The notes under the pieces: generated by a model
The model's database searches: none
Told to the model about the DNA's origin: nothing
Seen by the model: the letters and a program-made list of their open reading frames with translations, nothing else
Position numbers and translations under genes: made by a program
Assembly (NCBI GenBank): GCA_031424115.1
Contig: JANPGW010000172.1
Coordinates: 2,561-66,560, forward strand
Source of the DNA: Saprospiraceae bacterium
Lineage (GTDB): Bacteria > Bacteroidota > Bacteroidia > Chitinophagales > Saprospiraceae
Direction of reading: 5' to 3'
Length of the DNA stretch: 64,000 bases
Shown: one piece after another, positions 63,929 to 64,000 of the stretch
How positions within the stretch are numbered: position 1 is the first letter of the stretch
How the letters are laid out: every line of letters starts with the position of its first letter

Positions 63929-64000
63929 TTTTCAAGTAAAATTAGTCAATTTCAAAAATATCGGAAACCGCACCGAAACCCTATTAAATTCATTCCAATA

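Overview
This is an AT-rich, gene-dense chromosomal segment that looks like Bacteroidota. The lineage cues are a GldH-like gliding lipoprotein, a T9SS type-B C-terminal sorting domain, a BlaR1(M56)-TonB fusion with BlaI, and TAnnTTTG -7 boxes. I support about 61 CDSs, almost all housekeeping: rnr, uvrA, ybeY, dnaJ-grpE, hflX, yidD, rpiB, smpB, corA, iscS-iscU-iscA, lnt, crcB, queD, mfd, rsmG, rbfA, nagA, argD, argC. There are also peptidases, two KirBac-type K+ channels and a GMC oxidoreductase pair. I found no rRNA, tRNA, CRISPR array, transposase, integrase or recognisable defence island.

The standout signal is a sequence word rather than a gene. The non-palindromic 11-mer ATACTGAGGGG (reverse complement CCCCTCAGTAT) occurs 30 times exactly. 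Its 10-nt core TACTGAGGGG occurs 34 times, plus about 10 one-off variants. That is roughly one copy per 2 kb, against about 0.03 (11-mer) or 0.12 (10-mer) expected under uniform base composition. Copies lie on both strands (15 versus 19). Thirty-one of the 34 are inside CDSs, with unrelated flanks, and they are read in all five stop-free frames. This pattern matches a DNA-level selected genomic word of the DNA-uptake-sequence or HIP1 type, not a protein motif, a mobile element or a polar Chi/KOPS signal.

Secondary observations:
- Two families of long, low-complexity inverted repeats lie in the gaps downstream of genes.
- A split and a fused paralogue of an unknown helical protein bracket argC on the opposite strand.
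- A lipoprotein beta-carbonic-anhydrase homologue appears to lack two zinc ligands.
- Two genes have a -7 box abutting the start codon and may be leaderless.
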